A stretch of 32,000 bases of DNA from Dickeya dadantii NCPPB 898. Its GTDB lineage: Bacteria > Pseudomonadota > Gammaproteobacteria > Enterobacterales > Enterobacteriaceae. Shown here one piece after another: positions 1-8,894 of the stretch. Under the pieces are notes generated by a model. That model did no database searches. It saw nothing but the letters and a program-made list of their open reading frames with translations, and was not told the origin of the DNA. The translations under genes were made by a program, and so were the position numbers. Location of the stretch: assembly GCF_000406145.1 (NCBI RefSeq), contig NZ_CM001976.1, positions 2,102,161-2,134,160 of the forward strand. Reading direction: 5' to 3'. Each line of letters opens with the position of its first letter. Position 1 is the first letter of the stretch.

Positions 1-105
1 CTGATATTGTTGGTGGTAGGCATTATCGGTCTGATTGCCTGGTGGTTTATGGCCCGGGCGGAAAAGCAGCGTCAGCGCGATTTGCAAAAAGCAAGACGCG
101 GCTGA
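1..105 (+). CDS. potI: Putrescine ABC transporter permease PotI, C-terminal fragment (5' end lies outside the window)
   Basis: Frame +1 is open from the window edge and translates to LILLVVGIIGLIAWWFMARAEKQRQRDLQKARRG, with a stop at 103-105. This resembles the remembered C-terminus of E. coli PotI (..ARAEKQR.RD.Q.ARRG). potI precedes ybjO-rlmC in K-12. Confidence 0.6.
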   Translation: MILLVVGIIGLIAWWFMARAEKQRQRDLQKARRG

Positions 106-230
106 CGGCAGCGGCGCTTCCGTCCTGGATTTGCCAATTTTCGCCACGCCGCCATACTTTCTGGTGACGTGGTGATTTCAGGGGGAGCGCAATCATACTG
201 TACGGTAAGCGGGAGCTGCTGCAGCGGGGC

Positions 231-668
231 ATGTTCGCCCCGGTTGCCATCATGGTGGCGGGTTCGGCGATTATCGCCACCCGCTGTCTGGGTATCGTCC
301 TGACCATCAGCGAACTGGGGCTAAGCGGCTTTGGCGGTTGGCTCAGCAGCAGCGCCAAACAGTGGGACAGCACGCTGGTGCTGCTGGCCGCGCTGTTGGT
401 GGTGTGTCTTGAAATCCGCTGTGGATTCGCGGTGCTTAGCGGGTTGAACTGGGGGCGCTGGTGTTTCCTGTTGACCCAGTGTCTGGTGACAATCTACATG
501 CTGACGGCGTCGCTGGTGGAGTTTCTGCCGCCGATCTTTCATGTCAGCGGCGACGGCGTCGGTGAAATTCTGCATCATTTGCTGATGCAGCGGCTGCCGG
601 ACTTTCTGCTGATTTTGCTCCTGTTTCTACCCCGGCGCAGCCAGCGTTTTTTTACGCGCCATCCCTAA
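231..668 (+). CDS. ybjO: Inner membrane protein YbjO (DUF2593-like)
   Basis: The 145-aa ORF is hydrophobic. It aligns by eye with E. coli YbjO (..WCAF..G..W.RW..LLTQ.., ..LMLQKLPD.LIL.LLF.P...RRFF). Its position between potI and rlmC is syntenic. The start is uncertain: the frame opens after the stop at 165-167 and the first ATG is at 231. Confidence 0.7.
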   Translation: MFAPVAIMVAGSAIIATRCLGIVLTISELGLSGFGGWLSSSAKQWDSTLVLLAALLVVCLEIRCGFAVLSGLNWGRWCFLLTQCLVTIYMLTASLVEFLPPIFHVSGDGVGEILHHLLMQRLPDFLLILLLFLPRRSQRFFTRHP

Positions 669-792
669 CGTTTATTCGCTGTCGCTAACTTTTATGCGCT
701 ATCGCTAACTTTTACGCGCTATCGCTAACTTTTACGCGCTATCGCTAACTTTTATGCGCTATCGCTAACTTTTATGCGCTATCGCTAACTTT
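661..792. repeat. Head-to-tail tandem array of a 20-bp unit ATCGCTAACTTTTAYGCGCT (one degenerate copy, five near-perfect or perfect copies, one 12-bp partial)
   Basis: Read directly from the sequence. The units are 661-680 (17/20 match, contains the ybjO TAA stop), 681-700, 701-720, 721-740, 741-760, 761-780, and a partial unit at 781-792. There are no spacers between units. Confidence 0.95.
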
Positions 793-854
793 CCCGCGCG
801 GGGGTGATACAATCAGCGCCCCTTTTGATGTTGACGATAGATTTCAGATTTTCC

Positions 855-1985
855 ATGCAATGTGCCCGCTATAACGACGGCTCGTGCCGCTCCTGTCAAT
901 GGCTGGAAACCGCCTACCCGCAGCAGGTAACCGATAAGCAGCAGCATCTGCTCGGGTTGCTGGCCGCGCATCCGGTTCAGCGCTGGCTGGCGCCGGTAAC
1001 CTCGGCGGAAGCCGCTTTTCGCAATAAAGCCAAGATGGTGGTCAGCGGCAGCGTCGAACGCCCGCTGCTGGGGATGTTGCACCGTGACGGTTCGGCGGTG
1101 GATCTCTGCGACTGCCCGTTGTATCCCGACAGTTTTGCGCCGGTGTTTAGCGTATTGAAAGCGTTCATCGCCCGCGCCGGGCTGACCCCGTATAACGTCG
1201 CCCGACGTCGGGGGGAACTGAAGTACCTACTGTTGACGCAAAGCACTCTGAGCGGTCGCTTCATGCTGCGCGTTGTGCTGCGCTCCGAAACCAAGCTGGC
1301 GCAACTGCGCGCCGCGCTGCCCTGGCTACAGCAGCAGTTGCCGCAGCTGGCGGTGATATCGGCGAATATTCAGCCTGTCCATCAGGCGATACTGGAAGGG
1401 GAGCAGGAGATTCCGCTGACGGAGGCGCAGGCGCTGGAAGAGCGCTTCAATCAGGTACCGCTGTATATCCGGCCGCAAAGTTTCTTCCAGACCAATCCAC
1501 AGGTGGCGGTCGCGTTGTATGACACCGCCCGGCAGTGGGTGTCGGGCTTGCCGATGCGCAGTCTGTGGGATCTGTTCTGTGGGGTGGGCGGATTCGGTCT
1601 GCATTGCGCCAGCACGGATACGCCGCTCACCGGCATTGAGATCAGCCCGGAGGCCATCGCCTGTGCCCGACGTTCGGCGGCGCAACTGGGGCTGACCAAC
1701 GTCAGTTTTGCCGCGCTGGACTCTACCTGCTTTGCCGTTGGCGAAGCCCAGACGCCGGATCTGGTGATCGTCAATCCGCCGCGGCGCGGCATCGGCGCCG
1801 AATTGTGCGATTACCTGAGCCGTATGGCGCCGCCGTATCTGTTGTACTCCAGCTGCAATGCCGAGAGTATGGCGAGAGATATTGCGCGCCTGCCGGCGTA
1901 CCAGATACAGCAGGCGCAGCTATTCGATATGTTCCCGCATACCGCGCACTATGAGGTGCTGGCTCTGCTGCAACGACGTGTTTAA
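855..1985 (+). CDS. rlmC: 23S rRNA (uracil747-C5)-methyltransferase RlmC (RumB)
   Basis: From the ATG at 855 the product begins [17 protein letters not shown], matching E. coli RlmC (MQCALYDAGRCRSCQW). It has an Fe-S Cys cluster and a C-terminal SAM-methyltransferase motif ([12 protein letters not shown]). At 376 aa it compares with 375 aa in E. coli. The 17 extra codons in the ORF track (start 804) were rejected. Confidence 0.9.
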   Translation: MQCARYNDGSCRSCQWLETAYPQQVTDKQQHLLGLLAAHPVQRWLAPVTSAEAAFRNKAKMVVSGSVERPLLGMLHRDGSAVDLCDCPLYPDSFAPVFSVLKAFIARAGLTPYNVARRRGELKYLLLTQSTLSGRFMLRVVLRSETKLAQLRAALPWLQQQLPQLAVISANIQPVHQAILEGEQEIPLTEAQALEERFNQVPLYIRPQSFFQTNPQVAVALYDTARQWVSGLPMRSLWDLFCGVGGFGLHCASTDTPLTGIEISPEAIACARRSAAQLGLTNVSFAALDSTCFAVGEAQTPDLVIVNPPRRGIGAELCDYLSRMAPPYLLYSSCNAESMARDIARLPAYQIQQAQLFDMFPHTAHYEVLALLQRRV

Positions 1986-2013
1986 CTCAATGAGAGTTTA
2001 CCGTGATGACCGC

Positions 2014-3207
2014 TTAACGTGATAACAGGGAGCGCGGCATCAGCGCCATACCGGCCAGCGTGATCAGGCAGATCAGCGCGCCAGCGTAAAAGGTAGAGGC
2101 CGCGCCCCAGACGTCCCACAGGATCCCGGCGCCCAGACTGGCCAGCAGCAGCGCCACGCCGCTTATCAGGTTGAAGACACCGTAGGCGGTTCCACGCAGG
2201 TCCGCCGGCGCAGTGTTCGCCACCATGGCGGCCAGCAACCCCTGCGTCATTCCCATGTGTACGCCCCATAACGCGACGCCGACTATTACGCCGAGCCAGT
2301 GCTGGCTGATGGCGAGCACCACATCGGCGGCAATCAGCACCAGCAGGCCCATTTTCAGCAGGCTATGATGATCCATCCGGTCGGAAAGCTTGCCGAATGG
2401 ATAGGCGGAACAGGCATAAACCAGATTCATCGCCACCATCACCAGCGGAATCAACGCTATGGGAATCTCGACCTGCTGCGCGCGCAGCACCAAAAAGGCT
2501 TCACTAAAGCGCGCCAGCGTAAATACCGCACCCAGGCCGACCACCCACCAGTACTGTGCGGACAGGCGTTTCAGGTTATCGCGCCGGATCGGGTTGGTGC
2601 GTTTGGCTGCACCGGCGTGTTCGGGCTCGCGCAGACCGAAAAACAGCAGGGCAATTGCCATCGCGCCGGGGATGAACGCCACCCAGAAGATGGCGCGAAA
2701 ATCGTCTTGCCACAGCAACATTAGCGCGACCGCCAGCAGCGGACCGGCGAAGGCGCCGATGGTATCCAGCGACTGACGCAGGCCAAACGCTGCACCCCGA
2801 ATATCGGGCGGCGTGACGTCTGCGACCAGCGCATCGCGCGGCGCGCCGCGAATGCCTTTGCCTACCCGGTCGAGCAGGCGGGCGCCCAGCACCAGACCGG
2901 ATGAGGTCGCAAGCGCAAACAGGGGCTTGCTGACCGCGCCCAGACCATATCCGAGCAGCGCCAGCCCTTTGCGTTTACCGAGGTAATCGCTGAGCGCGCC
3001 GGAGAACACTTTGATGATCAGCGCGGTCGCTTCCGCCAACCCTTCAATCAATCCGATGAAGACCACACTGGTGCCGAGAACCGTGGTCATGAATAACGGC
3101 AGCAGGCTGTGGATCATTTCCGATGAAATGTCCATCAACAGGCTGACGCCGCCCAATACCCATACCCCTTTCGGGATGCGTTTCAATGTTGAAAAATCCA
3201 GCGACAT
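2014..3207 (-). CDS. MFS-family transporter, substrate unknown
   Basis: The 397-aa ORF has about 12 predicted hydrophobic helices. It carries MFS-like loop motifs (GALSDYLGKRKG between helices 2 and 3, LLDRVGKGIRGAPRDA). AGGAAA lies 5 nt upstream of the ATG. There is no counterpart at this position in E. coli K-12. Confidence 0.75.
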   Translation of the reverse strand: MSLDFSTLKRIPKGVWVLGGVSLLMDISSEMIHSLLPLFMTTVLGTSVVFIGLIEGLAEATALIIKVFSGALSDYLGKRKGLALLGYGLGAVSKPLFALATSSGLVLGARLLDRVGKGIRGAPRDALVADVTPPDIRGAAFGLRQSLDTIGAFAGPLLAVALMLLWQDDFRAIFWVAFIPGAMAIALLFFGLREPEHAGAAKRTNPIRRDNLKRLSAQYWWVVGLGAVFTLARFSEAFLVLRAQQVEIPIALIPLVMVAMNLVYACSAYPFGKLSDRMDHHSLLKMGLLVLIAADVVLAISQHWLGVIVGVALWGVHMGMTQGLLAAMVANTAPADLRGTAYGVFNLISGVALLLASLGAGILWDVWGAASTFYAGALICLITLAGMALMPRSLLSR

Positions 3208-3381
3208 CGTTTTCCTGCCTGAAGGTGAAGGGCTGGTAAGAGGAAAACGCTATTAAATCAATCTGCAGAGGATTTGATAAGTACAAAATGCGAGACGGGC
3301 GAAAATCGAGAAGCGGCGTGGCGACATGCTGCCGGCGGCAACCGGCAGCGTGAAAACAGCAGCATGAAAATAAGGGCAGGT

Positions 3382-4131
3382 TTACTGCTGCGGGAACCAC
3401 TTGTCGTTGATGGCTTGGTAGGTCCCGTCGGCTTTGATGGCGTTCAGCGCGCCGTTCAGTTTTTCCAGCAGCGCCTGATTGTCCGGGCGCACCGCAATAC
3501 CCAGCCCGATGCCGAAATAGGTGGGGTCGGTGACTTTTTCGCCCACGGTAGCCAGGTCCGGGTTGGTTTTCAGCCACTCGTTCACCACGGCGGTATCGCC
3601 GAACACGCCGTCCAGACGGCCGTTTTTCAGGTCGATCAGCGCATTCTGGTAACTGTCGTACGGGACGGTTTTCACTTCAGGGTGTTTATCTTGCAGGAAT
3701 TTCTGGTGGGTTGTGCCGTTTTCCATGCCGATGCGTTTGCCTTTCAGGTCAGCCAGCGAGTGAAACTTGCCTTTCTGAGCGATGACGATCGCCGAATTGG
3801 CATAATACGGTTGGGTAAACGCCACCTGCTTGCTGCGTTCCGGCGTGATGTCCATTCCGGAAATAACGGCGTCATAACGGCGGAATTTCAGCGCCGGGAT
3901 CAGGCTGTCAAACGCCTGATTGGTGAAGCTACAGGTCGTCTGTAATTGTTTGCACAGCGCGTTGGCAAGATCGATATCAAACCCGACGATTTGGTTGCCG
4001 GCATCCAGCGATTCGAACGGCGGATACGTCGCCGACGCAGCGAAGCGGATGGTGTCAGCCGCCATGGCGCTCAAGGTCATTGTGCTAAAAGCGGTGCCGG
4101 CCAGCAGCGCAGCAAGGACGAGTTTTTTCAT
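3382..4131 (-). CDS. artJ: Periplasmic arginine-binding protein ArtJ
   Basis: The 249-aa ORF has a signal peptide (MKKLVLAALLAG..AMA). It is highly similar along its full length to remembered E. coli ArtJ (..ATYPPFES...IVGFDIDLA.ALCKQ....C.FTN.AFDSLIP.LKFR.YDAVISGMDITPERSKQV..). Confidence 0.9.
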   Translation of the reverse strand: MKKLVLAALLAGTAFSTMTLSAMAADTIRFAASATYPPFESLDAGNQIVGFDIDLANALCKQLQTTCSFTNQAFDSLIPALKFRRYDAVISGMDITPERSKQVAFTQPYYANSAIVIAQKGKFHSLADLKGKRIGMENGTTHQKFLQDKHPEVKTVPYDSYQNALIDLKNGRLDGVFGDTAVVNEWLKTNPDLATVGEKVTDPTYFGIGLGIAVRPDNQALLEKLNGALNAIKADGTYQAINDKWFPQQ

Positions 4132-4202
4132 GGAGTACTCCAGATTAACTTATGTTTATCAACGTCATGGTCGTTGAAAAGGATGACGATACCATGCCAT
4201 TA

Positions 4203-4241
4203 AATGTATTTATATGCAAATAATATGATTATAAATTCATT
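4203..4241 (-). promoter_or_regulatory. Candidate ArgR operator: two 18-bp ARG boxes separated by 3 bp, upstream of artJ
   Basis: The minus strand reads AATGAATTTATAATCATA-TTA-TTTGCATATAAATACATT. Against the ARG-box consensus wNTGAATwwwwATTCANw, the half-site cores match 9/10 and 8/10. The site lies 72-110 bp upstream of the artJ ATG in an AT-rich intergenic region. artJ is ArgR-repressed in E. coli. Confidence 0.55.
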
Positions 4242-4347
4242 TTGGTTTGTGGGTGAATAGCGGTAACGACGCGTGGTTAGGATAATTAAATAAAAATAAA
4301 GCAAATTTAAATCAGCGAACCGGCTGAATAAAATAAATTTTATGCAT

Positions 4348-4374
4348 AAAAAACGCCGGCATGAACGCCGGCGT
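4348..4374 (-). terminator. Rho-independent terminator downstream of artM
   Basis: The minus strand reads ACGCCGGCGTTCATGCCGGCGTTTTTT. A 7-bp GC stem (CGCCGGC/GCCGGCG) is followed by T6, about 32 nt after the artM stop. Confidence 0.8.
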
Positions 4375-4405
4375 AATCAGTAATTAGGTCATGCTCGCTG
4401 ATGAT

Positions 4406-5077
4406 TTAGGTATTACGCTGTTCGAAACGCAACGCGCGCCGTTCGACCAGACGCATCAGCAGCGTCAGCAGGCCATTGACGCATAAGTAGACGATACCTG
4501 CCGCGCCGAATACCAGCACGTCATAGGTGCGACCGTACAGCAACTGGCCGTAGCCCATCACTTCCATCAACGTAATGGTGTAAGCCAGCGAGGTGCCTTT
4601 GAACACCAGCACCACCTCGTTGGAGTATGAAGAGAGCGCGCGCTTGAACGCAAACGGCAGCAGAATGCGCAGCGTCTGGCGCTGATTCATGCCCAGCGCG
4701 GCGCAGGACTGCCACTGTCCGTCTGGAATCGCGCGTACCGCACCGTAGAACAATTGCGTGGTATAGGCCGCGCTGTTAAGCGCCAGCGCGCTGACCGCGC
4801 ACAGCCACGGCTGAGACAGCAGATTCCATAGCCAGTCGATCTGGCGGATCGCGGCGAACTGACCGGGACCGTAGTAAATCAGGAAGATCTGCACCAGCAG
4901 CGGGGTGCCGGTAAACAGGGTGATATAGCCTTTAGCTATCTGCGACGCTATCGGAGTTTTCAGCGTCAGGATCACCGTCAGCAATAGCGACAGCACCAAC
5001 GCCAGCAGCAGCGCGGCCAGCGTCAGCAGCAGGCTGGTATGCAACCCGTTCAGCAGTTCAGGAATGTAGCCCAGCAT
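4406..5077 (-). CDS. artM: Arginine ABC transporter permease ArtM
   Basis: The 223-aa polytopic membrane ORF has a binding-protein-dependent permease signature region. It is the last gene of the artPIQM order. Its start overlaps the artQ stop (TGATG). Confidence 0.88.
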   Translation of the reverse strand: MLGYIPELLNGLHTSLLLTLAALLLALVLSLLLTVILTLKTPIASQIAKGYITLFTGTPLLVQIFLIYYGPGQFAAIRQIDWLWNLLSQPWLCAVSALALNSAAYTTQLFYGAVRAIPDGQWQSCAALGMNQRQTLRILLPFAFKRALSSYSNEVVLVFKGTSLAYTITLMEVMGYGQLLYGRTYDVLVFGAAGIVYLCVNGLLTLLMRLVERRALRFEQRNT

Positions 5078-5793
5078 CAGGACGGCCTCCGTTCAAAGCG
5101 CGTGGCGCGTACTTCAATCCTGTTCAGGATCGCCTGACTCAACAGGGTAATCACCAGATAGATAGCGGCCGCGATCATGTACCAGGTAAAAGGTTCCTGA
5201 GTGCGGGTGGCGATGCTTTTGGTTTGCAGCATCAGGTCGTTGACGCTGATCAGCGAGACTAACGCGGTGTCTTTTAGCAGCACCAGCCACTGATTGCCCA
5301 GCCCCGGCAGCGCATGACGCCACATTTGCGGCATGATTAGCCGCCGGAAAATCACGCTTTTACTCATCCCCAGCGCCTGCCCGGACTCCCATTGGCCGCG
5401 CGGCACCGCTTTCAGTGCGCCACGCAGCGTCTGCGAGGCATAAGCGGCATACAGCAGCGACAGCGCAATGACGCCGCACAGAAACGGGCTGACTTCAAAG
5501 TTATCGATAGCCAGTTTGACCGGCACCTGCGTCAAGCCGAGATGAAGCGTGAAACCATCAGAGAGCATCAACAGCAACTGCGACGAGCCAAAATAGATAA
5601 ACAGCACCACCAGAATTTCCGGCAGGCCGCGCAATAGAGTGACGACAGCGGTGCCGCAGGCGCTGACGGCTTTCCAGCGCGCCGTTTCCCACAGGGCAAA
5701 CAGCATCGCCAGCAGCAGCCCCAGCACCAGGGCGCAAACGGCAAGGCCGACGGTCATCCCGGCGGCGCTTGCAAGAGGTTGGAATTCAGTCAT
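5077..5793 (-). CDS. artQ: Arginine ABC transporter permease ArtQ
   Basis: The 238-aa membrane ORF has the same length as E. coli ArtQ. It sits between artI and artM and has a conserved EAA-like loop ([19 protein letters not shown]). Confidence 0.88.
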   Translation of the reverse strand: MTEFQPLASAAGMTVGLAVCALVLGLLLAMLFALWETARWKAVSACGTAVVTLLRGLPEILVVLFIYFGSSQLLLMLSDGFTLHLGLTQVPVKLAIDNFEVSPFLCGVIALSLLYAAYASQTLRGALKAVPRGQWESGQALGMSKSVIFRRLIMPQMWRHALPGLGNQWLVLLKDTALVSLISVNDLMLQTKSIATRTQEPFTWYMIAAAIYLVITLLSQAILNRIEVRATRFERRPS

Positions 5794-5808
5794 TAGGTCT
5801 TAGTCGGC

Positions 5809-6540
5809 TTACTGCTGGAACCATTTCTTGTAGATGGTCTGGTAGGTGCCATCCTGCTTGATGTTGTTCAGCGCATCGTTGAATTTCTTCACCAGCTCGT
5901 CGTTGTTCTGACGAACGGCGATGCCCAGACCGATGCCAAAGTAGTCTTTATCGGTCACCTTGTCGCCTACCGACGCCAGATTCTCGTTCTGTTTCAACCA
6001 CTCGTTCACGACGGCGGTGTCGCCGAAGACGGCATCCAGACGACCGTTTTTCAGGTCCAGCACCGCGTTCTGGTAGCTGTCGTACGGCACTACGGTGATG
6101 TCTTTATGCTTGTCCAGCAGGAATTTCTGGTGGGTGGTGCCGTTCTGTACCCCGACGCGCTTGCCTTTTAGCGCGGCGATATCGGCCAGTTTGCCTTTCT
6201 GAGCGATGAACAGCGCCGAGTTTTCATAGTACGGCTGGGTGAAGCTCACCTGCTGTTGACGTTCCGGCGTGATGTCCATACCGGCGATCACCGCATCGAA
6301 ACGGCGGAATTTCAGACCGGGGATCAGGCTATCGAATGCCTGATTGCTGAAAGTACAGGTGGCCTGGATCTGTTTGCACAGCGCGTTGGCCAGGTCGATA
6401 TCGAACCCGACGATCTGATTACTGGCGTCCACCGACTCAAACGGAGGGTAGGACGCTTCAGTGGCAAAACGAATAGTTTCAGCTGCGCCAGCGGAAAGGC
6501 TTAATCCGCCGAGCAGGGCGGCAACGAACAACTTTTTCAT
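5809..6540 (-). CDS. artI: Periplasmic arginine-binding protein ArtI
   Basis: From the internal ATG the product begins MKKLFVAALLGG...AAETIRFATEASYPPFES, matching E. coli ArtI (243 aa, the same length). The 7 upstream codons in the ORF track (start 6561) were rejected. Confidence 0.88.
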   Translation of the reverse strand: MKKLFVAALLGGLSLSAGAAETIRFATEASYPPFESVDASNQIVGFDIDLANALCKQIQATCTFSNQAFDSLIPGLKFRRFDAVIAGMDITPERQQQVSFTQPYYENSALFIAQKGKLADIAALKGKRVGVQNGTTHQKFLLDKHKDITVVPYDSYQNAVLDLKNGRLDAVFGDTAVVNEWLKQNENLASVGDKVTDKDYFGIGLGIAVRQNNDELVKKFNDALNNIKQDGTYQTIYKKWFQQ

Positions 6541-6557
6541 ATTATTATCCTTATCTA

Positions 6558-7286
6558 TCAATGAGATAAATAGCCAGCAAATTCCGGGGTCTGTGGTTGG
6601 GTAAAATGCGAGGCGTCGCCTTGTTCCACGATGCGGCCGTTTTCCATGTACACCACGCGGCTGGCGGTTTTACGTGCGAAATCGACTTCGTGGGTGACGA
6701 TCACCTGGGTGATGCCGGTTTCGCTCAGTTCCTGAATAATGCTGACGACCTGAGCGGTAATTTCCGGATCGAGCGCGGCGGTCGGCTCGTCAAACAGCAG
6801 CACCTGCGGCTCCATCATCAGCGCGCGGGCGATGGCGACGCGCTGCTGCTGGCCGCCGGAGAGATGTAACGGGTAGCGATCGGCGAAGTCGCTCAGTCGC
6901 AGGCGGCGCAACAGTTTGTCCGCTCGTTCACTGGCCTCCTGACGGCCCAGACCCAGTACGCGGCAGGGTGCTTCGACCAGATTCTGCTGCACCGTCAGAT
7001 GCGGCCACAAATTGTATTGTTGGAACACCATGCCGACATTGCGGCGCAGTTCGCGAATGGCGTTTTCGCCGGGCGTCTGGCTGAAGTCAAAGGTATTGCC
7101 GCCGATGTTCAGGGTGCCGGAGCGGGGTGTTTCCAGCAGGTTCAGCACCCGCAATAACGAACTTTTACCGGCCCCGCTGGGGCCGAGCAACACCAGCGTT
7201 TCGCCGGATGGACAATCAAGGGTGACATCGAACAGCGCCTGATGTGCGCCATAGAAACAGTTAATGCTGTTTAGTTGAATACTCAT
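6558..7286 (-). CDS. artP: Arginine ABC transporter ATP-binding protein ArtP
   Basis: [20 protein letters not shown] matches the E. coli ArtP N-terminus ([20 protein letters not shown]). It has Walker A (GPSGAGKSS), the signature LSGGQQQR, and Walker B (LLFDE), and is 242 aa as in E. coli. An in-frame upstream ATG at 7307 would add MSIQLLR. Neither start has an obvious Shine-Dalgarno sequence. Confidence 0.88.
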   Translation of the reverse strand: MSIQLNSINCFYGAHQALFDVTLDCPSGETLVLLGPSGAGKSSLLRVLNLLETPRSGTLNIGGNTFDFSQTPGENAIRELRRNVGMVFQQYNLWPHLTVQQNLVEAPCRVLGLGRQEASERADKLLRRLRLSDFADRYPLHLSGGQQQRVAIARALMMEPQVLLFDEPTAALDPEITAQVVSIIQELSETGITQVIVTHEVDFARKTASRVVYMENGRIVEQGDASHFTQPQTPEFAGYLSH

Positions 7287-7640
7287 GCGCAATAATTGAA
7301 TAGACATTGATGCCGCAAATGGTAGCTTCGGCAGAATAGTTATGCAATCGTCGTGGGTTAAAATTTGCGAATACACGACTTATTGTTGATATTTTAGCAC
7401 AAAATCGCGCTTTGCCGCAGCGGCGGGCGGATTTGTCAGGGTGACAGCCGCCCTGCGGCGGACAATCTTCAGGCATAACAAACCTCGACGGTAGCGGGGT
7501 GGCGTTGCTGAAAAGTGTGATTAATGACGGTTGTGTTTTGAAAAGGTTTTTTAGTGGCAGGCGTTGCTATAAAAGCGTAATAAGGCTGTGAAAATGTAGT
7601 AACCAATCTGTCTGTCGAACATCTGATGCGAGGAGGCATG

Positions 7641-7967
7641 ATGCAATTATCCACCACACCAACCCTGGAAGGGCAAGTCATTGAAACCTACTGCGGCGTG
7701 GTGACGGGCGAAGCGATCCTTGGCGCCAATATCTTTCGGGATTTCTTTGCCGGCATCCGCGATATCGTCGGCGGCCGTTCCGGCGCCTATGAAAAAGAGT
7801 TACGCAACGCCCGGCAGATTGCGTTTCGTGAAATGCAACAGCAGGCGCAGGAATTGGGAGCGAATGCCGTGGTCGGCATCGACATCGATTATGAAACCGT
7901 GGGTAAGGACGCCAGCATGCTGATGGTGTCCGTCAGCGGCACCGCGGTTGTGGTGCGCCGATCATGA
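7641..7967 (+). CDS. ybjQ: UPF0145 family protein YbjQ
   Basis: [55 protein letters not shown] is nearly identical to E. coli YbjQ. GAGGAGG lies at 7630-7636. Confidence 0.9.
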   Translation: MQLSTTPTLEGQVIETYCGVVTGEAILGANIFRDFFAGIRDIVGGRSGAYEKELRNARQIAFREMQQQAQELGANAVVGIDIDYETVGKDASMLMVSVSGTAVVVRRS

Positions 7968-8836
7968 CCCGCAGGCTGGTATGGCGGAGCGTGGCGCTGA
8001 TGGCGCTGACACTGCTGGCAGGCTGCCAAAACCGCGAACGCTATGTCGATGAGGGCGATTACCTGTTGGATCAGTCGTCTCCGGCTGTCAGTCGGGGGGA
8101 GCGGGTCCGCTTTCTGGTGTTTCACTATACGGCGGAAAATCTTGGCGATTCGCTGAAAAAGCTCACTACCGAACGGGTCAGCGCACATTATCTGGTGCCG
8201 GCTTATCCGCTGCAGGTTAATGGCAAGCCCGTGGCGTGGAAACTGGTTCCGGAGTCGCAGACGGCCTGGCATGCAGGCACTAGTTACTGGCGTGGCTACA
8301 GTCAGTTGAACGCGACGTCTATCGGCATCGAGCAGGTAAACCCCGGCTGGCGGCAAACGGCGTCCGGTACACGCTGGTGGCAGCCTTATACCCCGCAACA
8401 GATTACGCTGGTGACCCACCTCGCCCGGGACATCATCGCCCGTTACCATATTGCGCCGCAGGATGTGGTAGGGCACAGCGATATTGCTCCCCAGCGCAAG
8501 GTCGACCCGGGACCGCTGTTTCCCTGGCATCAACTGGCGATGGCGGGGATTGGCGCCTGGCCGGAACCGCAGCGGGTCCATTTTTATCTTAAGGGGCGGC
8601 AGGAATATGCACCGGTGGAAAGAAATGTACTGCTGGATAAACTGGCGCGTTATGGTTATGAGGTTAGCCCGGAGATGACCGCGAGCCAGCAGCAACAGGT
8701 GGTGGCGGCATTTCAGATGCACTTCCGGCAGCAGCGCTATGACGGTGAGGCGGATGCGGAAACCGAAGCGATTGCCGATGCGTTGCTGGAGAAATACGGC
8801 GCAGCGCCCCGCGGTGGCGTGGGGGCCGCTCGATAA
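7964..8836 (+). CDS. amiD: N-acetylmuramoyl-L-alanine amidase AmiD (outer-membrane lipoprotein, amidase_2 family)
   Basis: It has a lipobox (LLAGC) at the N-terminus and full-length similarity to E. coli AmiD (..HYLVP......GKP..W.LVPE...AWHAG.S.WRG...LN.TSIGIE..N.G...). Its ATGA start/stop overlaps ybjQ. Confidence 0.88.
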   Translation: MTRRLVWRSVALMALTLLAGCQNRERYVDEGDYLLDQSSPAVSRGERVRFLVFHYTAENLGDSLKKLTTERVSAHYLVPAYPLQVNGKPVAWKLVPESQTAWHAGTSYWRGYSQLNATSIGIEQVNPGWRQTASGTRWWQPYTPQQITLVTHLARDIIARYHIAPQDVVGHSDIAPQRKVDPGPLFPWHQLAMAGIGAWPEPQRVHFYLKGRQEYAPVERNVLLDKLARYGYEVSPEMTASQQQQVVAAFQMHFRQQRYDGEADAETEAIADALLEKYGAAPRGGVGAAR

Positions 8837-8894
8837 CCTGCCCCCCGAGGTTGAGGTTGTAGAAATAAGAAGTTGAAAGAAGAAGACGAAGGGT

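Noticed and set aside
661-792. Whether the 20-bp repeat array could be a CRISPR array.
   Set aside because: The repeats are directly abutting with no spacers, the unit is only 20 bp, and there are no cas genes in the window. It is a simple tandem repeat.
804-854. N-terminal extensions suggested by the ORF track for rlmC (804), artI (6561), artP (7376), ybjQ (7626), ybjD (13702), clpA (16439), cydC (21792), cydD (23614) and trxB (24742).
   Set aside because: In every case an internal start codon aligns with the E. coli ortholog N-terminus and length. In most cases it has a Shine-Dalgarno sequence at proper spacing; artP has none at either candidate start. The upstream codons have no homology support.
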